Below, in pieces: positions 45,400 through 56,348 of a stretch of DNA of 64,000 bases. The DNA comes from Diplonema japonicum (Eukaryota > Protista > Euglenozoa: Diplonemea), in NCBI GenBank assembly GCA_964019335.1, contig OZ025761.1:62001-126000 (forward strand), written 5' to 3'. The position numbers were made by a program, and so were the translations under genes. The notes under the pieces were generated by a model. It searched no databases. It saw only the letters and a list, made by a program, of their open reading frames with translations, and was not told the origin of the DNA. Every line of letters begins with the position of its first letter. The first letter of the stretch is position 1.

Positions 45400-47309
45400 A
45401 CCGAGCATTCCACGAGTTCCTTTGTGAGCGCGTCAACAAGAACTACGGCTGGGAGAAAGGGGAGCTCCAAAGTTTCTTTACCGAAGCAGGGAAGAACTAC
45501 AGAGCAGGCCGCGAACTTGACGAATGCTACCCGGATCTCGCGTATGTGGGACGTAAGGACCCCCGAAAGAGCACAGCCCTCCCCTCCGAACCGACGCAGA
45601 CAACACAAGAGTCCACCTCCACCGCTGACACGAGCTCGCAAAAGGAACCACCTCCACAACAGCCGCCCTCAACGGAAACGACACCAATGGAGACACCTAC
45701 ATCGGAATACCCCACGTCGCTACACCAGGAAAGTGGCGAAGGACGCGTAGGCCTCGAGTGTGGTTGGGCCGTGGTGAACTGGATCGCAGACTACGCAGAG
45801 CTGGCACGCATGCCGTTCGCAGAGATGCAGACAATCCAACACCACCTCTGTACCTCGGAGCTCGCCCTGCACACCGAGGGGCATGCGAAGGAGTACCAGC
45901 CGAACGAGAAAGGCGACTTCTCCCAAGATACCCTGTCCCTTGCCTGCCAAAAGATCCTTGGCGAAGAGGCCTCGCTGCAGAGCGTGGTCAAGAGCGGACG
46001 GTACCCAGTTCTGGTAATCGGCCCGCCGAAGGGCTCCAGGACGGGCCACTGGACTACAGCCATCAAAACCGGCAGGTCGTGGTACACCGTGATGGACACA
46101 GACAAGGAAGAACACCGTGTCAATGGACTGAGGCAGGTCCTACGTATGTATGACGAACAGAACATCCTGGGTATCACCGAAGAAAGCTGGGCCAGAGCAA
46201 GGACCATAAGGGAGCAGAACGGCGGCAGACCAAAAGCGTTCGACGTCCACGCTTGCATCAAGGGAGCGCAGGACGAGGTAATGCCACCGGTTTCAGGCCC
46301 CTGTTTGAGCCAGACCCCTGCAGCTAGCCTCACCCCCAATGATGACCCGGTCCCTTCACCTGGTCCGGACTCAGACGCTAATCCGGTCCACAGCATTGAC
46401 CCGACCCCCGTTGCAGACCCGGTCCATACATCTGGCCCGGTCTCCGTCATGGACCCGGCCCCGACGGCTAATCCGGTCGCGGACTCGGTCCCCGCGACTA
46501 AACCGGTCGCGGACACGGCCCCCGTCACGAACCCGGTCCCCGCGACTAGCCCAATCGCTGACCCGGTCCTCATCACAGACCCAGTTACCGCAGCTAGCCC
46601 GATCACGGACCCGGCCCTCGTCACGGACCCGACCCGAGCTAACCCAGTCACAGACACGGCCCCCGTCGCAGACCCGGTCCCCACAACCAGCCCAGTCGCT
46701 GACCCGGTCCCCGTCACGGACCCGGTCCCCGCATCTGGCCCGGTCGCAGACACGACCCACATCACAGACGCGATCCCCGAAACCAGCTTAGTCGTTGACC
46801 CGGTCCCTGCAAGTAACCCAGTCGCTGACCCGGTCCTCACCACAGACCCGGTCTCCGCGACTAACCCGGTCGCAGACACGGCCCCTGCCACAGATCCAGT
46901 CCCTGCAACCAGCCCAGTCGCTGACCCGGTCCCCGTCACAGACCCGGTCCCCACATCTGGCCCGGTCGCAGACACGACCCACATCACAGACGCGATCCCC
47001 GAAACCAGTTTGGTCGTTGACCCGGTCCCTACAAGTAACCCAGTCGCTGACCCGGTCCGCACCGCAGACCCGGTCTCCACGGCTAACCCGGTCGCAGACA
47101 CGGCCCCTGCCACAGATCCAGTCCCCGCAACCAGCCCAGTCGCTGACCCGGTCCCCGTCACAGACCCGGTCCCTGTCACGGACCCGGCCCCCACAACCAA
47201 CCCGGTTGGAGACACGGCCCCCATCACAGACCCGGTCCCCGCAGCCAGCCCAGTCGCTGACCCGGTCCCCGTCACGGATCCGGTCCCCGCATCTGCCCGG
47301 TCTCGATAG
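45390..47309 (+). CDS. PLE C-terminal region: Josephin-like cysteine protease + DPV-rich repeats
   Basis: LECGWAVVNW, GDFSQDTL, GHWTTAIKTGRSWYTVMDT; probably continuous with the RT before the deletion. Confidence 0.65.
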   Translation, partial: KLLNRAFHEFLCERVNKNYGWEKGELQSFFTEAGKNYRAGRELDECYPDLAYVGRKDPRKSTALPSEPTQTTQESTSTADTSSQKEPPPQQPPSTETTPMETPTSEYPTSLHQESGEGRVGLECGWAVVNWIADYAELARMPFAEMQTIQHHLCTSELALHTEGHAKEYQPNEKGDFSQDTLSLACQKILGEEASLQSVVKSGRYPVLVIGPPKGSRTGHWTTAIKTGRSWYTVMDTDKEEHRVNGLRQVLRMYDEQNILGITEESWARARTIREQNGGRPKAFDVHACIKGAQDEVMPPVSGPCLSQTPAASLTPNDDPVPSPGPDSDANPVHSIDPTPVADPVHTSGPVSVMDPAPTANPVADSVPATKPVADTAPVTNPVPATSPIADPVLITDPVTAASPITDPALVTDPTRANPVTDTAPVADPVPTTSPVADPVPVTDPVPASGPVADTTHITDAIPETSLVVDPVPASNPVADPVLTTDPVSATNPVADTAPATDPVPATSPVADPVPVTDPVPTSGPVADTTHITDAIPETSLVVDPVPTSNPVADPVRTADPVSTANPVADTAPATDPVPATSPVADPVPVTDPVPVTDPAPTTNPVGDTAPITDPVPAASPVADPVPVTDPVPASARSR

Positions 47310-47560
47310 TCCCTGACGACCCAGTGCCCACAACTGGCCCAGTCTACGCCACGGACCTAGTCAGTTCGCCTGGCCCGATCTCTGTCACGGACGCAGTCCC
47401 CACCACAGGCCCGGTCCACGCTTCTAGTCTGATCCCCTCCGCAGACCCGGTTCCAACACCAGGCGCAGCCTCCACCAGAGACCCGGTCCCCGCGTCTGAC
47501 CCGGTCCTCGCCTCGGACCCGTTACCCGAAGTTGATGCCCTCCCCGTTACAGACCCAGTC
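46340..47560 (+). repeat. Coding minisatellite (18-bp base unit; TDPVPA/ADPVPV)
   Basis: Recurrent GACCCGGTC at multiples of 18 bp, plus a higher-order ~216-bp duplication (DTTHITDAIPETSLVV twice). Confidence 0.9.
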
Positions 47561-48330
47561 CCTGTGCAGATGGACCTGTCTGAACCTCTGGGGCAGCATG
47601 GATCGACGACATGGGTGCAACCCGAGCCCTCAACGAAGGCGGTCGCCCCACCACCCCTCTTGACGACAGCGGAGCCCTGGGTGCCGTTAGCTCTGACGAC
47701 GATGTCGCAACGACAGATGCAAAGCAGTAGCAGGACTGCGTTAGGACGGGGCACTTCTACTTCTCCTCCTTCTTTTTCTGCTTCTTCTTCTTTTACGCGA
47801 ACAACGACGACTGTCCATCAGAGTCTGCTGTGGTCCGATGTCCCGGGGCACCAACGAGGTCGTGGGGGCATCACGAGAGGTCGCACGTCAAGCCCCGGAT
47901 CACAACCGAGACGCGCACACAGCGCAACGACCGCGTGTTTCCCTCACACCCCAGAACGATTCTCACCCCTGGCCGGTCTGTCGGCTACAGACGACCTGTA
48001 CATGCCGGAGCTGACACAGCACAGCAGAGACATGTACATGCTGGAGCCACCCGCGGATTTGACTGCTGCGACGGAACCTCCTCCTCCCCCACAGGGGGAC
48101 ATGTACATGCTGGAGCCACCACCCACAGAGTCGACGCAAACAGACGACGACCCCCATCCTCAGTCAGCGAGACCTGCCCCACGGGGGACCGATGAGGCAC
48201 AGAGAAATCTGAAGGTGGTCATAGACCTGACTGGCGACGACGACGACGACGACAAAGTCTCTGCCCCGACCTCGACCCCGCCATCGGAGACGGCGGAACC
48301 TGCGCCACGGACGGAGGAGCTGGAACTGGC

Positions 48331-49059
48331 ATGCCTCACTACCCACGACGGCGACGAAGCCCTGGCCCCACACTCAGCCCCAGCCCGGCCCCGCCCCTCG
48401 CAAGCCACCACAAGAAGAAGCGAAAGGGAGGCGCATGCCCGGACGTGTACCTTGGCCACGACACCAAGCTGGTAAGGACCAGCACAGATCGTGCACCAGC
48501 GCCACCTCTGCTCGTCAAATGGCGGTCCAAGAGCGCGAAGCGCAGGCAGTTGTGCGACGGACAAGCGGAGCCCGCAAAGAAGAAAGACCGCTTGGACCTC
48601 CTCAGGGCGAACCGACGGTCGGGCAAGGCCGCCGTTCACGCCCTGGCTGAAGAACATCGAGCGGGTCTGGAAGATAAGCTCTCCCACACGAAACTGGCGA
48701 CGGCCGGGATCGTCGAAGCGGAAGGGGAGTGGACGCCAGAAGCCATGATACGGGTCTGCAAACACGTGCTCGGCGAAGAGCCTAAAACCGCGAAGGAACT
48801 CGGGATTCACATGAAGTTTGTCCGGTTCGCCCTCATCCTGGACTTTGACAAGACGTGGATCATGGCCAGGTATGACTCGGAAGGCTGGAAGGCGAAGGGG
48901 GACGTCGAGAGACGGCAGCAGTTCACGCGGCACGGAGATATGAGAGCCTTGAAGGATCACTACTTCGTGGCCACTGACTGGCTGTTCTTCACCACGCTGC
49001 AGTGGCATAATGTGGGACAGCGCCACCCCCCAAGAACCACGAAGACCTTACGCAAGTAA
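48331..49059 (+). CDS. PLE 3'-terminal unknown domain (likely frameshifted continuation)
   Basis: Globular-looking WTPEAMIRVCKHVLGEEPKTA...ATDWLFFTT; a diverged homologue at ~61436-61710. Confidence 0.55.
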   Translation: MPHYPRRRRSPGPTLSPSPAPPLASHHKKKRKGGACPDVYLGHDTKLVRTSTDRAPAPPLLVKWRSKSAKRRQLCDGQAEPAKKKDRLDLLRANRRSGKAAVHALAEEHRAGLEDKLSHTKLATAGIVEAEGEWTPEAMIRVCKHVLGEEPKTAKELGIHMKFVRFALILDFDKTWIMARYDSEGWKAKGDVERRQQFTRHGDMRALKDHYFVATDWLFFTTLQWHNVGQRHPPRTTKTLRK

Positions 49060-49124
49060 GAGAGCTGGCCCGGCGAGCTACGAGGGCAAAAACCTCTTTT
49101 CTCCTTGGAGATGAGAACATATAT

Positions 49125-49250
49125 TATAGTGCGACATGATCAGACTGGAACGGCCGCCCCGGGGCATCCTCTGCTCAACCCGGCGGACGTGGGAGGCCCT
49201 TCTTCGGAAGGTGCCAGTCGCTTGATCAGTGTCGTCGAATGCGCGCTATA
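49125..49250 (+). ncRNA. Predicted structured RNA in PLE 3' UTR
   Basis: Nested pairings TATAGTGCG/CGCGCTATA, TGATCA/TGATCA, GACTGG/CCAGTC; hairpin CCTTC-TTCG-GAAGG. Confidence 0.55.
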
Positions 49251-49887
49251 TTTTATATTTTATAAGTACATATAACAATCGATTGAAAGAAGAAGAACGT
49301 TTACCAAGGTGTTGGTCACAACTGTGTCCATGTCTCCTTCCTGCTAGTGGAACGTAGGAGAAGCTACTGCTCAGCCGAGGAGCACCCCCTGTGAGCAAGT
49401 AGGTAGTTTGTGCTTCATTGCACGCTTAATGTCACCTAGTGTTGCAATCAAAGCCCCATTTTTATTGTTTTTTTTTTTTTTTTTATTGTCATGTTGCATG
49501 TTGACCTGCCCCCTTTTTCCTACTTTCCTCTCCGCTTTATTTTAATTTTGATATTTTCATTTTGTTTTCCTACATGTTTTTCGTAGTCAAAGAAAGTGTC
49601 CATCCCTGATCCCCAAGAGAGAGTGTACCATCCTGTTCCACGGAAACAGAGAACCTACCCCCACCACAGCAGCCGACCAATCAGATGCAAATTATATAAC
49701 AATCGATCGAAAACAGAAGAATAAGGAGACCTGGAAGCTTTTTCCTTCTATCCTCTCTGCTTTGTTTTACTTAAAAATCTTTTTTTTTCTTATTGTTTTC
49801 CTACATGTTTTTCGGTCAAACTATCCTACCTCTATCACAGGAACAACTTTTTGCAATAAACAAAAAGAGAAAATACAAGTAAAGAAA

Positions 49888-50970
49888 ATGAGCCTGACGG
49901 TGTTCATCAAGATAGAGAACAAGGAGATGCATGAAGTGGAGCTGGGAAGCCATGACACGGTGAAGGACCTGTACAGGAAGGCTGGGGAGGCTGCTGGGGT
50001 GGAGGAGAAGACTTTTCTTTTACACTTCGAAGGTGAGGAACTGGACGAGACTCTTGGTGGGAATGAGATACAGCACCTTGGGATGTGGGAGGGGTGTGAG
50101 CTCCTTCTCTGCTGCAATGTCTGCAACACGATGTGTGTCCTTTCACAGGAGCTGTCTTCAGAAGAGACAAGGAAGGCAATAGAACGGCGTTTGGAGGAGG
50201 ACCCTGGCCTTCTTCTTCAGGTGGAGGTATCGGGTGTGGACTGTCTTCGGCTTCACAGCCGCCTGGAGCACCTTCCTTTTGGCCTTCGTCACCTCCGAGT
50301 GACAGACCCCAAGCAGTGTGTGATCCATATTGGGGATGACTTCTTGGCTGAATGGGAGTCCCTTGTCACCCTTGACCTCGCCTCCCTTCAGAACGTTCAA
50401 GGAATTGGAGGGTGTTTTCTTTTCGGATGCAGGTCGTTGCAGGCGGTTGATCTCACTCCCTTTTACAATGTAACAAAGATTGGCAACTCTTTCCTTGCTC
50501 ACTGCGAATCCCTGACAGGGGTGGACCTGGGGCCCCTTCAGAACGTGATGGAGGTGGGTATCAGTTTCATGGATAATTGCAGGTCTCTGCAGACCCTTGA
50601 TGTGGGGCCCCTTCGAAATGTCACGGTGATTGATGAGAGGTTTCTCTGTTTTTGTACCTCCCTCACTTCTGTGGATCTCGGCCTTCCCAACACAGTGTCG
50701 GTGCATGCAGACTTTCTCAGCTGTTGCAGCTCTCTCACTTCTGTTGACCTCAGCGCGATGCAGAGCTTGACAAAGTTGGGGGATAATTTTCTTTTATGCT
50801 GCAGTTCTCTGACCACTGTTAACCTTGGGCATCTGAGGGAGAGGGTCACTTTTGTCGGGAGTAACTTCATGAACTGCTGTGACAACGTACCTTTACAGGA
50901 CTGTAGGCTGCTAAGGATGTCGAGTAGTGCTAAAAAGAGCACCTTTAGGAGTCGTTGTGTTGTGAGTTGA
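49888..50970 (+). CDS. Ubl-LRR protein, subfamily A, with C-terminal CaaX-like CVVS
   Basis: MSLTVFIKIENKEMHEVEL...; about seven LxxVDLxPLxNVxxIGxxFLxxC repeats; ends KKSTFRSRCVVS. Confidence 0.9.
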   Translation: MSLTVFIKIENKEMHEVELGSHDTVKDLYRKAGEAAGVEEKTFLLHFEGEELDETLGGNEIQHLGMWEGCELLLCCNVCNTMCVLSQELSSEETRKAIERRLEEDPGLLLQVEVSGVDCLRLHSRLEHLPFGLRHLRVTDPKQCVIHIGDDFLAEWESLVTLDLASLQNVQGIGGCFLFGCRSLQAVDLTPFYNVTKIGNSFLAHCESLTGVDLGPLQNVMEVGISFMDNCRSLQTLDVGPLRNVTVIDERFLCFCTSLTSVDLGLPNTVSVHADFLSCCSSLTSVDLSAMQSLTKLGDNFLLCCSSLTTVNLGHLRERVTFVGSNFMNCCDNVPLQDCRLLRMSSSAKKSTFRSRCVVS

Positions 50971-51575
50971 GATAGATGCTGCTGAGCCTGCTAGTGCCAC
51001 CCCCCAAATATGGGAAATTCCTGACCACCTATTTAATTATGAGCAGCTCATATACCGCACATTTGCAGGGTCTTACCTTATACAAGTTTTGCTTTGGGTC
51101 ACATCCAGCTCTCTCCCTCCTTCTCTCGATCATCTCTATGGTCCAGTATTTTCCGACCAGGCCCTCTTTTCTCCTTTTCCCTTTTCACTTCGTTCTGTTA
51201 TTTTCATTCCTCTTTCTGGCAACAGACTGATACAGGCCATGGCAGCAACCTCTGCTTAATTCTCAGGGCATCGGTCATTGATGTTGTCGCAAAAATCTCA
51301 TTATCTTTTCTGTGGAAAGAATTCTTTTGGGGAAACAAAAGGGGAAAAAAGGGACGTGTTGTTTAAAAAACAGAAACCCTGTAAATGAATTGTTATTGTT
51401 AAAAAGTGACAGCTTTCTTCTTCTTCTTCTTCTTCTCTATCTGCTTCATTTGACTTCATAAGCCTTCAAGACAAGCACACAGGGAAAATACATTAAAAAT
51501 AAAATTAAAAAAGCAAAAAAGGTGTGAATAAGAAACGAAAAAGAAAAGAACAATAGAATAAGAAAGAGAAAGAGA

Positions 51576-52439
51576 ATGACCAATGAAGAGGTGAACGATA
51601 TGACAGTGTTCGTGAAGACGGGAGGCGGGGTTCACAATGTGGAAGTGTCGGGGAAGGAGACGGTGGGGAGCCTGTACAAGAAGGCGGGGTGTGCTGCTCG
51701 TTTACTCGAAGGCAAGTTCAAACTGGTTTGGGAAGGAGACCTCCTTGACATGAACGGGGGTGAGGAGCTTCATTCACTTGGGCTTGTGGAGGGCTCCGTG
51801 GTCCATGTGGAGGCGAACAAGATGAGAACCGTTCAGCTGGAGGAGCTTGAGCGATCAGAAGTGGTTTCGGAGCTTGAGGGGCTTGTGACAGCTGACCCTG
51901 AGTTGGTTCTGGTGGTGGAGGTGGGGAACTCGCCAACTGTCGAAGTCTTGTCCATGAACAGCAAGGACCTTCCTTCTGGACTTCGGTTCCTCGTTGTCAC
52001 CGACTCCACAGGCTGTGTTACAAGGATAGACGCTCACTTTCTTGCATATTCCCACCACCTGATGTCTGTTGATCTCATCCTCCCCAATGTTTTCACCATT
52101 GCTAATAAGTTTTTATGTAGGTGCAAAAATCTAAAAACCATTGACTTGAATGCGATGACCAATCTTTCTGAAATTGGTTCTTCCTTCTTGTCTGGGTGCA
52201 CGAAACTAGAAACCATCGACTTGAATGCGATGGCCAATCTTAATTACATTGGCTCTTCCTTCTTGTATGGGTGTGCAAAACTAGAAACTATCGACTTGAA
52301 TGCGATGGCCAATATTTATACCATTGGTTCTCACTTCTTGAAAGGGTGCGAAAATCTAGAAACCATAGACTTGAGTGCAATTGCCAATCATCCTTCTGTT
52401 GGTGATTACTTGTCAAGGTGCAAAAACAAGACTGCATAA
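51576..52439 (+). CDS. Ubl-LRR protein, subfamily B
   Basis: MTVFVKTGGGVHNVEVSGKETVGSLYKK...KLVWEGDLL; 25-aa LETIDLNAMxNLxxIGxxFLxGC repeats. Confidence 0.9.
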   Translation: MTNEEVNDMTVFVKTGGGVHNVEVSGKETVGSLYKKAGCAARLLEGKFKLVWEGDLLDMNGGEELHSLGLVEGSVVHVEANKMRTVQLEELERSEVVSELEGLVTADPELVLVVEVGNSPTVEVLSMNSKDLPSGLRFLVVTDSTGCVTRIDAHFLAYSHHLMSVDLILPNVFTIANKFLCRCKNLKTIDLNAMTNLSEIGSSFLSGCTKLETIDLNAMANLNYIGSSFLYGCAKLETIDLNAMANIYTIGSHFLKGCENLETIDLSAIANHPSVGDYLSRCKNKTA

Positions 52440-53089
52440 GGTGCAACACAGCCTGATAAGTCCCAGGTACCTAGGGGTCGTTGTAAGGGACGAAACTGGG
52501 TCTGTGGATGGAGCACTCCAACACCATGATAGAAATACAGTTTTCTTCTTCAGTTTCTTTCCTTTAAAACAAAAATTAGTATTCTGATGCAATACGTTCT
52601 GCTTTGTTGTTCTTTTTGACCCCTCCCCTTTTTTATTTGGAGACCAATGTTTCCAACCTCCCTGTGGTGGTTTCTGGTAATTGTGGTTTGGAGAGACACA
52701 AGCGAAAGGGAAACTCGCGTTAAGCCGTACATGTGGGGAAACCTGGACGGGGTGGAGAGCCCCTATGCGTGGCGCCGGTTAGCATTGCCCTCAACGGAGA
52801 GTCCCTTATCCCATTACATCCAACAAGGATCGAGCCAGTGAAGCAAGCCCCCCACAGCATACTCTCCAGTTGGTGTTTAATTGCTTCTGTGGCCTCTCCC
52901 TATTTCAATTTCCAAGCTTTCTTTACCTCTCCACTTTTACTTTCTACAGACCACAGGGGACTTGGGAGGGGTGGCCGCTGTGTCACATACTGCATGGCAC
53001 CACTAAAATCGAGACAACTTTTTAACCCCTCCCTTTTTGATGTTCTTTTTTAATACAACAAGACATAAATGTTGTGTTAGTTTAGTTCC

Positions 53090-53430
53090 TTTTTTTTTTT
53101 CAAGGTGGTGGGGATAACATGGAAATATAAGAAGTACATCAGATGTGTTGTTCGCTGTTGACCTCCTCGTCGGTCATCACCAGTAGCGCCCGAGTGGAAG
53201 AACGTAACGCAGATGCTCAGGGTGACGAACAGGCAGCAAACTGCACGAGCGCAGAATCTTGGTTAACCGGGACGCCCCGGCTAGGGTTGAGCACACCGCA
53301 CGCATTAAGGACACGACGTGGAACGCAGAAGAAGCTACTGCTTGGCCGAGGAGCGCCCCCTGTAATCAAGTAGGTAGTTCGTGCTTCATTGCACGCTTAA
53401 CGCCACCTAGTGTTGCAATCAAAGCCCCAT
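53090..53430 (-). repeat. Poly(A)-tailed SINE-like repeat (CpG-rich copy)
   Basis: Reverse complement of 11172-11505, without that copy's internal deletion. Confidence 0.8.
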
Positions 53431-54566
53431 TTTTTTTTTTTTTTTTTTTTTTTTTTATTAGCACAATTCCCAGGCACCTTCTGACCTGCAGGGACCTTCC
53501 CAGGCACCTTCTAAAGCCAGTCCCAGGTAACAGGTATTTTTGAAGTAGGGGGGTCCTAGAGCTTTTTCCTTCATTCCTCTGCTTTGTTTTATTTTTGATA
53601 TTCTCATTTTGTTTTCCTACATGTTTTTCGTAGTCAAAGAAAGTGTCCATCCCTGATCCCCAAGAGAGAGTGTACCATCCTGTTTCTCGCGGAAACAGAG
53701 AACCTACCCCCCACCACAATCAGATGCAGCAGATGCAGCACAAATTTCCCCCCCACCCCAATAACGTGATTAGAAAAAAAAAAAGCTGTAATTAAAAAAA
53801 GAAAAATGTTTTAGAAGGGAAAAAAAAAAAGAAAAAAAAAGAAGAAAAAAGAGGCATTGGGTTGACCCGGAATGTGTAAGACGGTGGGATTTATTTTTTT
53901 ATTTTTCGTTTCTCTCTTCTTCTCAGGGCAAGGGTTGGTTATTTTTATAACAATCTTTTTTTTTTCCTACCCCTCTTCTTCTTTTTTTTGCACAAGGGCG
54001 CACACACTACGATCCATCGACAAAGGCGGTAATCGGATAGAACAGGAGTGCAATATTTGCGTCACCGAAGACCAAGCATGACCTAGAGGCGTTGAAAGGA
54101 CAATGGGCAAGAGAACGAAGAGAAAAAGCGGCCAGGCTGGGGAGAAGGCCGGCAAGACCACCAAAAGAGGAGAAACCGCTGCTGAAAGGGGATAGGTGCA
54201 GGTAGACGATGAGAACAAGGGGGCGTCTCACAAAGACTTCCTTTAACGCATATTTATTTAGTTTCTCTTTTCTTCTCAAATGCAAGGGTTGGTTATTTCT
54301 TAAACAATAGGATGGGATGGAACAGAAGGCCAGTTTTTACATCAGAGAAAACCAAAGACCTTAAGAAACTGGGCAGGAAGTGGCAAGAAGAAAGAGAAGA
54401 TACTTTAAGAAAGGCAACACAGCCAAAAAAAAGAAAGAAAGGCCCCAGAATTTTATATTTGTACACCTGTACCTTCAACACGAATAAAGGGGAAAAATAT
54501 GTGGAATTTTATTGATTTCCCCCGTTTATAACTTTCTTACCCCCCCCCCCCCCCCGAACATGGAGA

Positions 54567-55706
54567 ATGAATCGCCTTTTACTGCAAAGACACTGCAACA
54601 AAATGAACGATATGACAGTGTTCGTGAAGACGGGAGGCGGGGTTCACGATGTGGAAGTGTCGGGGAAGGAGACGGTGGGGAGCCTGTACAAGAAGGCGGG
54701 GTGTGCTGCTCGTTTACTCGAAGGCAAGTTCAAACTGGTTTGGGAAGGAGACCTCCTTGACATGAACGGGGGTGAGGAGCTTCATTCACTTGGGCTTGTG
54801 GAGGGCTCCGTGGTCCATGTGGAGGCGAACAAGATGAGAACCGTTCAGCTGGAGGAGCTTGAGCGATCAGAAGTGGTTTCGGAGCTTGAGGGGCTTGTGA
54901 CAGCTGACCCTGAGCTGGTTCTGGTGGTGGAGGTGGGGAACTTGCCAACTGTCGAAGTCTTGTCAATGAGACGTTCTGTCCTTCCTTCTGGACTTCGGTT
55001 CCTCGTTGTCACCGACTCCACAGGCTGTGTTACAAGGATAGACCATGGGTTTCTGCGAAACAGCAAAGACCTGACGTCCATTGATCTCATCCTCCCCAAT
55101 GTTTCCACCATTGGTCATGACTTTTTATTAAGCTGTGATACATTAGAAACCATCAACTTGAATGCGATGACCAATCTTTATTCTATTGGTAATGACTTCT
55201 TGTATTGGTGCAGCAGGCTAGTAACCATCAATTTAAGTTCTATGACCAATCTTTATTCTATTGGTGATAACTTCTTGTCTGGGTGCGACAAACTAGAAAC
55301 CATCGACTTGAGTTCGATGACCAATCTTTATTCCATTGATAAAGGCTTCTTGCGTTGGTGCAGCAGGCTAGAAACCATTGACTTGAGTTCGATGACCAAT
55401 CTTAATTCCATTGGTGATTGCTTCTTGTATGGGTGCAACGAACTGGAAACCATCGACTTGAGTTCAATGATCAATATTTGTTCCATCGAATTTAGCTTCT
55501 TGTCTGATTGTAAGAAACTAAGGACCATCGAGTTGAGTTCGATGACCAATCTTTCTTACATTGGTTATTGTTTTTTGTCTGGATGCGAAAAGCTAGAAAC
55601 AATTGTTTTGAGAGGAGGCACTGATACTTTTAACAGGCTCTTAAAGGCTGAGATACCATCTGGGGTAAGTTTACAGACCCCCCCCCCCCCCCCCTCCTTT
55701 AGTTAA
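54567..55706 (+). CDS. Ubl-LRR protein, subfamily B
   Basis: Same N-terminus as 51576 with more LRRs; true start may be 54603 or 54612. Confidence 0.9.
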   Translation: MNRLLLQRHCNKMNDMTVFVKTGGGVHDVEVSGKETVGSLYKKAGCAARLLEGKFKLVWEGDLLDMNGGEELHSLGLVEGSVVHVEANKMRTVQLEELERSEVVSELEGLVTADPELVLVVEVGNLPTVEVLSMRRSVLPSGLRFLVVTDSTGCVTRIDHGFLRNSKDLTSIDLILPNVSTIGHDFLLSCDTLETINLNAMTNLYSIGNDFLYWCSRLVTINLSSMTNLYSIGDNFLSGCDKLETIDLSSMTNLYSIDKGFLRWCSRLETIDLSSMTNLNSIGDCFLYGCNELETIDLSSMINICSIEFSFLSDCKKLRTIELSSMTNLSYIGYCFLSGCEKLETIVLRGGTDTFNRLLKAEIPSGVSLQTPPPPPSFS

Positions 55707-55774
55707 AATATAGCGCCTCTTTTCAATATTCTTTCCTTTTTTGATTTTCAGAATTCAAGCCAGTGGATCACGCC

Positions 55775-55974
55775 NNNNNNNNNNNNNNNNNNNNNNNNNN
55801 NNNNNNNNNNNNNNNNNNNNNNNNNNNNNNNNNNNNNNNNNNNNNNNNNNNNNNNNNNNNNNNNNNNNNNNNNNNNNNNNNNNNNNNNNNNNNNNNNNNN
55901 NNNNNNNNNNNNNNNNNNNNNNNNNNNNNNNNNNNNNNNNNNNNNNNNNNNNNNNNNNNNNNNNNNNNNNNNNN
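55775..55974. other. Assembly gap (200 N)
   Basis: Run of N. Confidence 1.
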
Positions 55975-56348
55975 TTCTGTGTTTTGCGCGGCATTTCTGA
56001 TGAATATCTATCATCTTCCCGAGGTTAGGATGGTAAGTTTGTTTTTGCAAATATTTCAGGTACCAAACCGTGGTCACTGTTTTCAAAAATACAGATAAAG
56101 CATTACGCTCCATATTCGCTAAGTGACCCACCAGAACCCCAGAGTTTTGAAGAGCTAAAAAAATTTCTAATTGCTTTTTCTAGGGCTGGAATGGATTTAT
56201 TTGCGTCCGGACGCCCAATGTTCGACATATGGAATTTTTTTTTGTAATAAAATCTTTTTTTGGTGATTTGCCTTACTTTGTACTATACAAAATGAAGCTC
56301 CGGTGGAAAAAACACGGCACAAGTGGGGTTCGAACCCTGATGAAAAAA

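Larger units (their letters stand above)
44139..49307 (+). mobile_element. Penelope-like retroelement, 5'-truncated, 18-bp TSD
   Basis: GGTGTTGGTCACAACTGT at 44121-44138 and 49308-49325; present once in the uninterrupted YR copies (~28299-28320, reverse strand). Confidence 0.9.

Noticed and set aside
45791-47333. Long alternative-frame and antisense ORFs
   Set aside because: By-products of the stop-free 18-bp coding repeat.
49134-49232. SECIS-like ATGA...AA...TGAT in PLE 3' UTR
   Set aside because: Helix too short, apical region too long, and no pattern of in-frame TGA codons.
53135-53185. C/D-box-like GTGATGA...CTGA in the SINE-like repeat
   Set aside because: Boxes only ~35 nt apart, no guide identified, interval deleted in another copy.
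53920-54480. Two diverged units starting GCAAGGGTTGGTTATTT with coding-like sequence
   Set aside because: No family or intact frame could be supported.
55140-55600. 75-bp periodic repeats resembling a CRISPR array
   Set aside because: They are in-frame LRR codons in a eukaryotic gene; no cas genes.
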